Source: a virus
Taxonomy: Duplodnaviria > Caudoviricetes
DNA: 40,069 nt
Virus record (IMG/VR): IMGVR_UViG_3300025635_000053
Span: 1 to 40,069 of that record
Strand: one strand, 5' to 3'
Both the position numbers and the translations under genes were made by a program. The stretch's first letter is position 1. Each line of letters opens with the position of its first letter. This document shows, piece by piece, positions 18,289-26,079 of this stretch. Under the pieces are notes generated by a model, which did no database searches, had not been told where the DNA came from, and was given only the letters and a program-made list of their open reading frames with translations.

Positions 18289-18792
18289 CTATGCATCCTC
18301 TCCGAAGATACCTGCTGTTACTTTAGGATGTAATTCCTCACGCATACGAGCGAATGAACTTGGGTCCCAACCTGATGTATATACACGGTATAACAACTGA
18401 GCCAATGAGTAGTCCTCACTTGCATTGCTTAGGGCTATCATTGAATCTGATGGGTTACGCATCTCAAAGTACATGAGTGATAGCAACGAAGCAGGCGCGT
18501 TGATGTAAATAGTATCTGTCGGCGCTGCATCTAATAGGTGGGTAAGTGCAGGCAGAATACGCTCTGACTTATCTTTATTTATCAGACCAAGAGCATAGTC
18601 ACGCACTTGAATGTCTGTTAGATAATACAAGATGTTGGCTGTCGTTTCTGCATCTGGCAGCCATTGTTCATTGAATGAATCAAAGAGATGCTCAACCATA
18701 CGTGCGCCTACACGCTGGACTGCTGTCTCTTGATTGTCTACTAGCGTACCTAACTCTACGAGTTGGTCATTGATTGTTAGTGTTTGTTCCAT
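18289..18792 (-). CDS. DUF4192-like protein (C-terminal half)
   Basis: LTDIQVRD...AAP...APASLL...ALSNA..DYSLAQLL...GWDP resembles actinobacterial DUF4192. Confidence 0.6.
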   Translation of the reverse strand: MEQTLTINDQLVELGTLVDNQETAVQRVGARMVEHLFDSFNEQWLPDAETTANILYYLTDIQVRDYALGLINKDKSERILPALTHLLDAAPTDTIYINAPASLLSLMYFEMRNPSDSMIALSNASEDYSLAQLLYRVYTSGWDPSSFARMREELHPKVTAGIFGEDA

Positions 18793-18940
18793 TGTTGCTC
18801 TCTCTTTCTAGTCGTGTATCTATCCACCGATGAATAGACATTGTTGCGCCATACATTTGTACTGCATCTTTCACCCAGAACAAAGCAGCATCATCATCGT
18901 CTGCTTCAACTGAGATTTCTACTTGTACTATGTAGTTCAT
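18767..18940 (-). CDS. Small hypothetical protein
   Basis: ATG 18940 is coupled to the upstream stop; MNYIVQVEISVEADDDDAALFW. Confidence 0.6.
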   Translation of the reverse strand: MNYIVQVEISVEADDDDAALFWVKDAVQMYGATMSIHRWIDTRLERESNNGTNTNNQ

Positions 18941-19383
18941 TAGTACCAACCATGCTTTCTCCAATGGGACCATGCAACTGATGGTCTCTCGTATCTGTGA
19001 GCGATATACTCCAGCCCCTTCTCAATCTGAAGAGGGGCTGGGGTTCCAGGCTTTGTGTTTAGTACTTGCGCTACACCATAAGCAGTTGACTCAGGGTTAT
19101 CGGCAGTATGATTCCATGCTGATTCCTTACCCCATAACTTAAGCAGTGCACGCCATTCGGCACGTCCCCAACGTGGGTATTCAATTGCAATGAACCCACG
19201 TGCATATGTCTTGGACATGTAAGGGTTCCAGTAATTAGGGCAGGTTGCCTCGTTATTACCTAACTCTTTAACATCATCTTTAACATGCTTAATATAAGAC
19301 TTAACTGGAATACCAATCATGCTACTAAATGCAAGCAAACTTGCACTTATAATTACTTGGTATCTTTTTATTGCACCGTTCAT
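18940..19383 (-). CDS. Lytic transglycosylase (SLT / lysozyme-like) with N-terminal signal/TM
   Basis: LWGKESAWN (catalytic Glu), NPESTAYGVAQ, QIEKGLEYIAHRY...AWSHW...GWY; AAGGAG RBS. Confidence 0.85.
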   Translation of the reverse strand: MNGAIKRYQVIISASLLAFSSMIGIPVKSYIKHVKDDVKELGNNEATCPNYWNPYMSKTYARGFIAIEYPRWGRAEWRALLKLWGKESAWNHTADNPESTAYGVAQVLNTKPGTPAPLQIEKGLEYIAHRYERPSVAWSHWRKHGWY

Positions 19384-19391
19384 GTTACTCC

Positions 19392-19523
19392 TTAATCAGC
19401 ATAGATTACATCGAATGGTTCATCTGGCTCACTGCATACACACTCAAAGATAAAGTTGCCGCAGTCTTCGCACTCGCCATCTTTGTCTAGTGCAATGTCA
19501 TCTTCTTCACGTGGCTCACTCAT
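19392..19523 (-). CDS. 43 aa acidic Cys-rich peptide (not in ORF track)
   Basis: MSEPREEDDIALDKDGECEDCGNFIFECVCSEPDEPFDVIYAD; TAATG-coupled. Confidence 0.65.
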   Translation of the reverse strand: MSEPREEDDIALDKDGECEDCGNFIFECVCSEPDEPFDVIYAD

Positions 19524-19696
19524 TAGAAAGGAACCTCAGTGTGGCTATACATACAGTTCTCTCTGTACTCTTTGAAGCGTAGTCTAACTTGGCGTTCCTG
19601 CTTAATCAATACATGATTAGCAAACAACAAGATACCAATGGTACTAAGCATAAGTGTAGATGAAAATATAACAATAAGCATTTCGAATGTTGACAT
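19523..19696 (-). CDS. 57 aa single-TM protein (not in ORF track)
   Basis: AAGGAG RBS; MSTFEMLIVIFSSTLMLSTIGILLFANH...SHTEVPF. Confidence 0.7.
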   Translation of the reverse strand: MSTFEMLIVIFSSTLMLSTIGILLFANHVLIKQERQVRLRFKEYRENCMYSHTEVPF

Positions 19697-19714
19697 AATA
19701 CAATCTCCTTGATT

Positions 19715-19729
19715 CTAGTAATTATCGGT
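19715..19729 (-). promoter_or_regulatory. 15-bp motif ACCGATAATTACTAG, copy 1 (putative promoter/operator)
   Basis: Exact copy at 20744-20758; both lie between a terminator and an RBS. Confidence 0.6.
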
Positions 19730-19750
19730 CATGTTTCTAATTGAACATAT

Positions 19751-19791
19751 AAAAAAACAGGTGGCTAGCATAGTAGTCTAGCCACCTGTTT
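19751..19791 (-). terminator. Intrinsic terminator after SSB-like gene 2
   Basis: AAACAGGTGGCTAG/CTAGCCACCTGTTT stem with a T7 tract on the - strand. Confidence 0.88.
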
Positions 19792-19796
19792 GTATA

Positions 19797-20141
19797 TTAG
19801 TTAACTTCTACTGCATGTACTTCGAACTGCACCATTGGTGCACGACGCTGACTCTCAGCAATATCCTGACGACGGTCAAAGCGTGTAACTAAACGACCTG
19901 ATAGAGTAACCAAGTCTGTCTGTTCTGTACCTGCACGGCTCAAGCCAAGGATTTCTCCTACTGTTGAGTCATCTAGTGCAACAACATTAATACCAACAAC
20001 ATATACCTGTCGGTCAGCACCACCATTACTAAAGGTGCTTACTTCACGCTGGTCAAACCAAGCCGTTACCATAGTTCCTTTTGAACCATTGTATGTCTTG
20101 ATGTTCTTCAACTTACCTGTTAGTTTAACTGTATTTTCCAT
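19797..20141 (-). CDS. SSB-like OB-fold protein (no acidic tail)
   Basis: MENTVKLTGKL...INVVA...LVTLSGRLVTR...QFEVHAVEV matches the SSB strand pattern (NxVxLxG...VxVxGRL). Confidence 0.65.
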   Translation of the reverse strand: MENTVKLTGKLKNIKTYNGSKGTMVTAWFDQREVSTFSNGGADRQVYVVGINVVALDDSTVGEILGLSRAGTEQTDLVTLSGRLVTRFDRRQDIAESQRRAPMVQFEVHAVEVN

Positions 20142-20183
20142 TTGTTTTTTCTTCTCTCTTTGATTGATTAGTTGTTAACGAAT

Positions 20184-20224
20184 CTGTTCAGACCCGCTAG
20201 CGCAAGGCGTAGCGGGCTGAACAG
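20184..20224. promoter_or_regulatory. GC-rich hairpin upstream of SSB-like gene 2
   Basis: CTGTTCAG(A)CCCGCTA..TAGCGGG-CTGAACAG. Confidence 0.55.
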
Positions 20225-20235
20225 CCACAACATAC

Positions 20236-20685
20236 TTAACGTACGTTGTGTTCCAATGCACCATCACATGACTGACAGTCATTGAATACTTTTGGTGTCA
20301 AGATATGGCACCATCTACACTCAACTTCTCTTGAACGTTGGCGTTCATCATCCAACTCCCATAAATTATCAAGCACACCACCATCCATTAGGTTTACAAT
20401 TGGTGGTATATATTCTTCACGCTCATACTTTACAGTACCATCTGGCATAAGTGCTGGCTTAACTAAGGCAGTGGTTGAACTTATCCAGTCGTGACCACTA
20501 GGTTGTTCTTGATTATAAGATAAGGTCAATTTGTATTGAAGGTTGCCCTCATCTACTAGTTCCCAAGCACGGTCAGTCAACTTAGCATCCTTACTATCCT
20601 CACACTCTTGGCATACAGCATCCATGAGCATGCAAGAATAGCAACTATTACTGATTGTTAGATTGTCTTGTGTATAGTCGTACAT
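20236..20685 (-). CDS. Zinc-finger-containing hypothetical protein
   Basis: AAGGAG RBS before ATG 20685; CYSC..CQEC and CRWC..CQSC pairs. Confidence 0.7.
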   Translation of the reverse strand: MYDYTQDNLTISNSCYSCMLMDAVCQECEDSKDAKLTDRAWELVDEGNLQYKLTLSYNQEQPSGHDWISSTTALVKPALMPDGTVKYEREEYIPPIVNLMDGGVLDNLWELDDERQRSREVECRWCHILTPKVFNDCQSCDGALEHNVR

Positions 20686-20743
20686 CTGTCTTACTCTCCT
20701 TTTCGTGAAACCTGCTGGCACTCTGCTCAGCAGGTTGAACTTA

Positions 20744-20758
20744 CTAGTAATTATCGGT
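20744..20758 (-). promoter_or_regulatory. 15-bp motif ACCGATAATTACTAG, copy 2
   Basis: Exact repeat of 19715-19729. Confidence 0.6.
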
Positions 20759-20815
20759 GATATAATACCAATCCTTACCATCTTACCGCCACTGTCCATA
20801 TTAGACAGCGGGCAT

Positions 20816-20848
20816 AAAAAAACCCTATCCTTTCGGATAGGGTTTTTC
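20816..20848 (-). terminator. Intrinsic terminator after SSB-like gene 1 (possibly bidirectional)
   Basis: AAAAACCCTATCC-GAAA-GGATAGGGTTTTTTT on the - strand. Confidence 0.92.
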
Positions 20849-20854
20849 TACTGT

Positions 20855-21250
20855 TTAGATAGATACAGACTCTACCATGAAGGCTGTATCCCATGTGCCA
20901 TTGCTGCTCTTAGTGGTTCTGAACCAGCCAGACACATCAACCTGTGGACGTGCAGTTGCTTTAGCAACTGTGCGGTCGCGGGTTTCTGTGCTCTCTGCTT
21001 CGCGCTCAACGAAGTGCAGGTCGCCGCCTGAATTATCAGGCTGCGCAGCGTCCTTGGCAAAGTACTGTAGTTCGAGTGCTCGCAACGCATCAACCGCGTT
21101 GAATGAACGGAACTTTAGCGATGCTTCGAACTTGCCGTTCTCATCGCGTAGGATTAAGATACCACTTGCGTAGGTATTCCCGCTCTTGGCGGTGCGAGTC
21201 TCAACGTGTGCCAATTCAGCACGGTCGAAGGAAATGTCATGTTGTGACAT
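20855..21250 (-). CDS. Divergent SSB-like / OB-fold protein, first gene of the early arm
   Basis: Likely start ATG 21250. VETRTAKSGNTYASGILIL...SLKFRSF...VDVSGWFRT...WDTAFMVESV resembles the SSB strand order; no acidic tail. Confidence 0.5.
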   Translation of the reverse strand: MSQHDISFDRAELAHVETRTAKSGNTYASGILILRDENGKFEASLKFRSFNAVDALRALELQYFAKDAAQPDNSGGDLHFVEREAESTETRDRTVAKATARPQVDVSGWFRTTKSSNGTWDTAFMVESVSI

Positions 21251-21296
21251 GATTGCCTGCTTTCTCTTTGTAGTTGTTGCTCGGATGAGCAGAGCA

Positions 21297-21395
21297 GCAT
21301 CAGGCTGGGGTTCTGGAGCAGTGTCATAAGCCACGCGGGGTCCCGCTTGCGGGTCGCGTGGTCGTTGACACAAGCCAGGTTCCCTGCCAGATTGC
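21297..21395 (+). promoter_or_regulatory. ~100 nt imperfect hairpin carrying TTGACA-N17-CAGATT on its 3' arm (candidate ssDNA promoter)
   Basis: GTGTCA/TGACAC, CCACGCG/CGCGTGG, CTGG/CCAG, GGGG/TCCC and GCATCAGGC/GCCAGATTGC pairings; -35 at 21365-21370, -10 at 21388-21393. Confidence 0.5.
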
Positions 21396-21830
21396 GCGGC
21401 GCATCTTCCGCGCTACAACACATAGAGACAGCGCTTAGGCAGTCATGACGCGACATGCCTTTGAGCGGGATGAATCAGGCGCATGGGGAGCGAGCCGCCA
21501 TGAGACGGGTGTGCCGTACGCAGGTGGTCACCCTATGCGATGGCAAGGTCGGGCTTCGCTTCCGTTCAGACAACAAGGTCATGCGGCGTGCCGAACTGCA
21601 GTGCTAGCAAGGATGCTAGCCCTGATACTTCTGGCACGGCATGCCTTCGTGCGAAGCAACAGGAACCCGTGGACGCACTGGCTTAGCCAGCGTCCACAGG
21701 TCATGTGGCTGGTGGTCAGAGCCACTAGCAATGCAGGGGATGCAGTCTATCTGTAGAGTATATCTATTTAAACAGTAGATAGACTATGCCCCCTGTCAGT
21801 CAGGCAGACTGACTACCGTAACAGTTACGC
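21394..21830 (+). other. Dense array of stem-loops (structured ssDNA element or ncRNA)
   Basis: GCGCGG/CCGCGC, AGGCA/TGCCT, TGCCGT/ATGGCA, GCTAGCA/TGCTAGC, GTGGACG/CGTCCAC, GTGGCT/AGCCAC, AGTCTATCT/AGATAGACT, GTCAGTC/GACTGAC, CGTAAC/GTTACG. Confidence 0.6.
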
Positions 21831-21836
21831 CAGCAT

Positions 21837-22121
21837 ACTGCTATCTGTACCACAATTAAACAGTCTACAGGGTCAGTATGACCCCAGACTGTTTAATACA
21901 GCACCAGTTATATTACAGTATCTCTATAAACAATTTTCTGTTACTATAGTTACAGGGGGGAATATACTGTCTGACCTGCGGTTTTAAAATAGTTCTGTAG
22001 AAATAGTTCGTTTTACCTATTTGAACGGATTAAGTATATATAGAGCAGTAAATATCTTCGCAAGTCTTTTAATAGCCTTGCTCAGATACTGTACAAACAA
22101 CTGTACAAACTGCTATCTGTA
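21837..22121. repeat. AT-rich repeat/palindrome region (candidate pac site, origin or late promoter)
   Basis: ACTGCTATCTGTA at 21837 and 22109; tandem CTGTACAAAC; 12-bp inverted repeat ATTAAACAGTCT/AGACTGTTTAAT. Confidence 0.5.
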
Positions 22122-22161
22122 GGGCGGGCATAGTCTGCTTACAAACTGTTGGGGGACGTAC

Positions 22162-24063
22162 GTGGCGACAAAGGGTGGCTTTCAAAAGGGTGGGGAACAC
22201 TTCGCCGCCAAAGGTGTCGCTGCGGCAAAAGAGGAAGTACTTGAGTCCGTAAGGGCGGGTATGTCACTCCAGTCGGCAATGGTCAAGGCAGGCAAGAAGC
22301 CAGACACCGCCCGAATCTGGATGATGCGCGACCCAGCATTTGCGCGTTCATTGGAAGAAGCCCGTGAGGACGCGGAGCAAAAGTCTTTCAAGAATCTTGG
22401 TGTGGAGAAGGAGTCGATTCCTTTCAAGGACTTCTCGAAGTTGTTCTTGGACCAGACTGTATTTCCACACCACCAAGATTGGATTGACCTCCTTGAGGGG
22501 CAGGAACCTTCGTGGCTCCACCCAGGGATGAAGTACGAGCCAGGACAGCCGAACCGCCTATTGGTGAACGTTCCTCCTGAGCATGCTAAATCCACCGTTA
22601 TCACGGTGAACTACTCAACTTACCGCATTGCCCTCAATCCAAACATCCGCATCATTGTGGTATCAAAGACCTTGGTTAAGGCGCGAGAGTTCGTATACGC
22701 TATCAAGCAACGACTGTCCCATCCACGTTGGCTTAAACTGCAGACCGCATATGGTCCAGAAGGCGGCTGGAAACAGGACGCAGATACTTGGCGCACCGAT
22801 ACGGTCTATCTTGGGGGCGATGCGCGTAACTCATCTGAAAAGGACCCTACGCTTCAGGCGCTAGGTATGGGTGGACAGATTTACGGCGCACGCGCCGATT
22901 TGATTATTCTAGATGACTGCATTACCACGGCTAACGCACATGAGTGGGAACAGCAAATTAACTGGTTACAGAAAGAAGTTATTACCCGTTTGGGTAAGAA
23001 CGGCAAATTGCTAGTGGTGGGGACCCGAATTGCAGCGAATGACCTTTACAAAGAACTTAGGAATCCTAAGCACTGGTCTGGGGGTCAGACTCCGTTTACT
23101 TATATGGGCATGCCTGCTGTTCTTGAATATGCGCCTGACCCAAAGGATTGGGTTACGCTCTGGAAAGAGTCGGATGTCCCTTGGGATGGCGATGACGATA
23201 CTCCGCAGGAGAACGGCTTCTTCCCCAAGTGGGATGGCAATGCGCTCTTCCGTAGACGAAGTGAAGTAACTCCCTCAACATGGGCGCTGGTTTACCAGCA
23301 AGAAGATATACAAGAAGATTCAATCTTTCCACCTGCTCTAGTCCAGTCGTGTATGAACGGCAGACGCAAGATAGGCACACTTAAGCCTGGCGCTGTAGGA
23401 CACCCAGAGCATGTGGAAGGCTATACAGTCATTGGATTCGACCCTGCTATGGGTAGAGGACATGCAGCCTTTGTGGTTGCTCACTATAGCAAGATTGAAA
23501 AGAAGATTTATATTCTTGATTGTGTAAATATGGCGGACCCAACGCCGCAGAAGATTCGTGCGGCAATTGAGGACTTGACTGTTAAGTACAGCCCTCAAGA
23601 GTTTAGAGTGGAAATCAACGCTCATCAGAAAGCATACTCGCTTGATGAGGACCTACGTCAGTGGCTATCTATGCACGGGGTTAAACTTGACTCACACTTT
23701 ACTGGTAAGAACAAATGGGATACATCATTTGGTGTTGCATCTATGTCAACACTTTTTGGCACAATGCGTAATGATAAGTTTGAAGACAACAATGTCATTG
23801 AGTTACCTTCTAGCGAAGGCTCTGAAGGAATCAAGGCACTGGTGCAACAACTCATTACATGGAAGCCAGATACAAAAGGCAAGACAGACTGTGTTATGGC
23901 TATGTGGTTTGCGATTATTCGCTGCCGCGAATTCATGCAGCAGTCAGCCTTTAGTGCAAGATATGCAAACAACCGTTGGGCTACTCGTACGCAGAAAGCC
24001 AACAGATATTCAATTAACCTCACTGATGCCATGAACGAACAATGGCAAGAGAACTACGGATAG
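22162..24063 (+). CDS. terL: Terminase large subunit with N-terminal HTH-like extension
   Basis: FPHHQDW Q-motif, VPPEHAKST Walker A variant, GARADLIILDD Walker B, VGTR, LVYQQ, IGFDPA nuclease motif, DCVMA. Confidence 0.92.
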   Translation: MATKGGFQKGGEHFAAKGVAAAKEEVLESVRAGMSLQSAMVKAGKKPDTARIWMMRDPAFARSLEEAREDAEQKSFKNLGVEKESIPFKDFSKLFLDQTVFPHHQDWIDLLEGQEPSWLHPGMKYEPGQPNRLLVNVPPEHAKSTVITVNYSTYRIALNPNIRIIVVSKTLVKAREFVYAIKQRLSHPRWLKLQTAYGPEGGWKQDADTWRTDTVYLGGDARNSSEKDPTLQALGMGGQIYGARADLIILDDCITTANAHEWEQQINWLQKEVITRLGKNGKLLVVGTRIAANDLYKELRNPKHWSGGQTPFTYMGMPAVLEYAPDPKDWVTLWKESDVPWDGDDDTPQENGFFPKWDGNALFRRRSEVTPSTWALVYQQEDIQEDSIFPPALVQSCMNGRRKIGTLKPGAVGHPEHVEGYTVIGFDPAMGRGHAAFVVAHYSKIEKKIYILDCVNMADPTPQKIRAAIEDLTVKYSPQEFRVEINAHQKAYSLDEDLRQWLSMHGVKLDSHFTGKNKWDTSFGVASMSTLFGTMRNDKFEDNNVIELPSSEGSEGIKALVQQLITWKPDTKGKTDCVMAMWFAIIRCREFMQQSAFSARYANNRWATRTQKANRYSINLTDAMNEQWQENYG

Positions 24064-24070
24064 GAACACA

Positions 24071-25831
24071 ATGGCATTAGATATTGACCAGATTGCGGCA
24101 CGCGTTGCCTCGCTGCGCTATCGCAATCATGAACGCGATGCCCGCAACCTTGACGTACTTGCAGTTCGCAAGGGTAAGATTGCAGAAGTTTATCCAGATT
24201 TTTTCCCAGATGGTATTGATGCTAACGTTGTAGCCAACTTCATTGATATTGTTGCACGCGATTTATCAGAAGTCATGGCTCCGCTTCCAGCCGTAAACTG
24301 CTCATCTGCTAATCAGGCAGATGACAAGGCACGCAAGTTCTCTGACAAGCGAACTCGCATTGCCTCTAACTATTTTGCACACTCTGACCTAGCAGTACAA
24401 ATGTACTCAGGCGCAGATTGGTACATTACATATGGTTTCCTCCCGTTCATGATTGAACTGGATGAAGAAGCAAAGATGCCGCGTATCCGCTTAGAAAACC
24501 CAATAGGTGCTTACCCTGAGTTTGACCGCTATGGACGCTGCGTTGCCTTTGCTAAACGCTACACAATGACATTAGGAGAACTTGTCGCAGAGTTCCCAGA
24601 GTATACCTCGCAGTTGCTAGGTATTGATGGCTACGAACAAGACCTTAATGCACAGATTGAAATGATTCGTTACTACGATGAAGACCAGTCTGTCATCTAT
24701 ATTCCAAATCGCAAGAACCTTATTCTCTCACGTGCCAAGAATCCTATTGGTAAGATGATGGTTGTTGTGGCTCGCAAGCCATCTGTTGATGGCGACTTGC
24801 GTGGACAGTTTGATGACATTCTTGGTATCCAGTTGCTTCGCAACCGTTTTGCATTACTTGCAATGGAAGCCGCTGAAAAATCAGTACAAGCGCCAATCAT
24901 TCTTCCTGATGACGTGGACGAACTGCAACTCGGTGGAGATGCAATCATTCGTACACGTAACCCTGCAGGTGCTCGTCGTCTTGAACTATCAATTCCACAA
25001 GGCGCATTTATTGAGCAGCAAGCACTCAATCAAGAACTTCGTATTGGTGCGCGTTATCCTGAAGGTCGTACTGGAAACATTGATGCTTCAATCGTCACTG
25101 GACAAGGCGTTCAAGCACTTATGGGTGCATTTGACACACAGGTCAAATCAGCACAGGCAATCTTTGCAGCAGCAATGCGCGATGTTATTACTCTTTGTTT
25201 TAGAGTTGATGAAGAAATCTTCCCAGAACAAAAGACTATTCGCGGTGTAGATGCTGGCTCACCTTATGAAATTACTTATAAGCCATCAAAAGACATTAAG
25301 GGTGACTTCACCGCTGATGTTCGTTATGGCATGCTTGCTGGTCTTAACCCAGCACAGGGACTCATTTTTATGCTGCAGGCACTTGGCGGTGGACTTATCT
25401 CCGTTGACATGGCTATGCGTGAACTACCATTTGGAATTAACGTAACACAAGAGCAAGAAAAGATTGAAGTTGAAGGCATGCGCAAAGCGCTTGTAAGTTC
25501 AATGCAGTCATACGCTCAGGCGATTCCGCAAATGGCTATGCAGGGACAAGACCCAACTAAGATTGTGCAACAGTTTGCTGAAGTTATTAAAGCGCGTAAG
25601 GCGGGCAAACCAATCGAAGAGGCTATTGAAGCCGTCTTCACTCCAGAAGAACCTCCTGCTGGGGCACAACCTACAGTTGAGCAACCCGTCCCCGCTGCTC
25701 CTGGTGCTCCAGTAGGAGGCGCTCAACCTCAGTTGCCTCCACAAGACCAAATGCAAACTCTTTTGGCTCGCCTATCTGGTGGTGGACAAGCGTCATCCAG
25801 CGTACAAACAGAACAACGTAGACCAATTTAG
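24071..25831 (+). CDS. Portal protein
   Basis: 586 aa, immediately after terL, helical, with a low-complexity P/Q tail. Confidence 0.8.
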   Translation: MALDIDQIAARVASLRYRNHERDARNLDVLAVRKGKIAEVYPDFFPDGIDANVVANFIDIVARDLSEVMAPLPAVNCSSANQADDKARKFSDKRTRIASNYFAHSDLAVQMYSGADWYITYGFLPFMIELDEEAKMPRIRLENPIGAYPEFDRYGRCVAFAKRYTMTLGELVAEFPEYTSQLLGIDGYEQDLNAQIEMIRYYDEDQSVIYIPNRKNLILSRAKNPIGKMMVVVARKPSVDGDLRGQFDDILGIQLLRNRFALLAMEAAEKSVQAPIILPDDVDELQLGGDAIIRTRNPAGARRLELSIPQGAFIEQQALNQELRIGARYPEGRTGNIDASIVTGQGVQALMGAFDTQVKSAQAIFAAAMRDVITLCFRVDEEIFPEQKTIRGVDAGSPYEITYKPSKDIKGDFTADVRYGMLAGLNPAQGLIFMLQALGGGLISVDMAMRELPFGINVTQEQEKIEVEGMRKALVSSMQSYAQAIPQMAMQGQDPTKIVQQFAEVIKARKAGKPIEEAIEAVFTPEEPPAGAQPTVEQPVPAAPGAPVGGAQPQLPPQDQMQTLLARLSGGGQASSSVQTEQRRPI

Positions 25832-25839
25832 GAGTAAAG

Positions 25840-26079
25840 ATGGCAACCCCAAAGAAGAAGCCAGTTACTCGCAAGCGTACAGTTAAAGATAATGATTACA
25901 CAAAGTTAGACGAACATTCAATTTGGTTAAATGAATACTTTAAATCATTGCGCCGTTCTGGATTTAATAGAGATGATGCGTTGTGGTTAATTTCTACACC
26001 TGAATCATTTCCAAGTTGGGTTGAACTTCCGACTAGACAAGATATTGCAAATCACATAGAAGATGAGGAGGACGAGTAA
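25840..26079 (+). CDS. Small hypothetical protein
   Basis: AGGAG RBS; YFKSLRRSGFNRDDAL motif. Confidence 0.7.
   Translation: MATPKKKPVTRKRTVKDNDYTKLDEHSIWLNEYFKSLRRSGFNRDDALWLISTPESFPSWVELPTRQDIANHIEDEEDE

Noticed and set aside
20184-20236. Second Frpo-like promoter or ssoA CS-6 site in the hairpin before SSB-like gene 2
   Set aside because: No properly spaced -35/-10 pair on the 3' arm; TAGCGC/TAGCGG only approximate the CS-6 consensus.
21445-21756. 103 aa + strand ORF (and 21154-21456 - strand ORF) in the hairpin region
   Set aside because: Arg/Ala/Trp-rich composition unlike other genes and no convincing RBS; best explained by local high GC.
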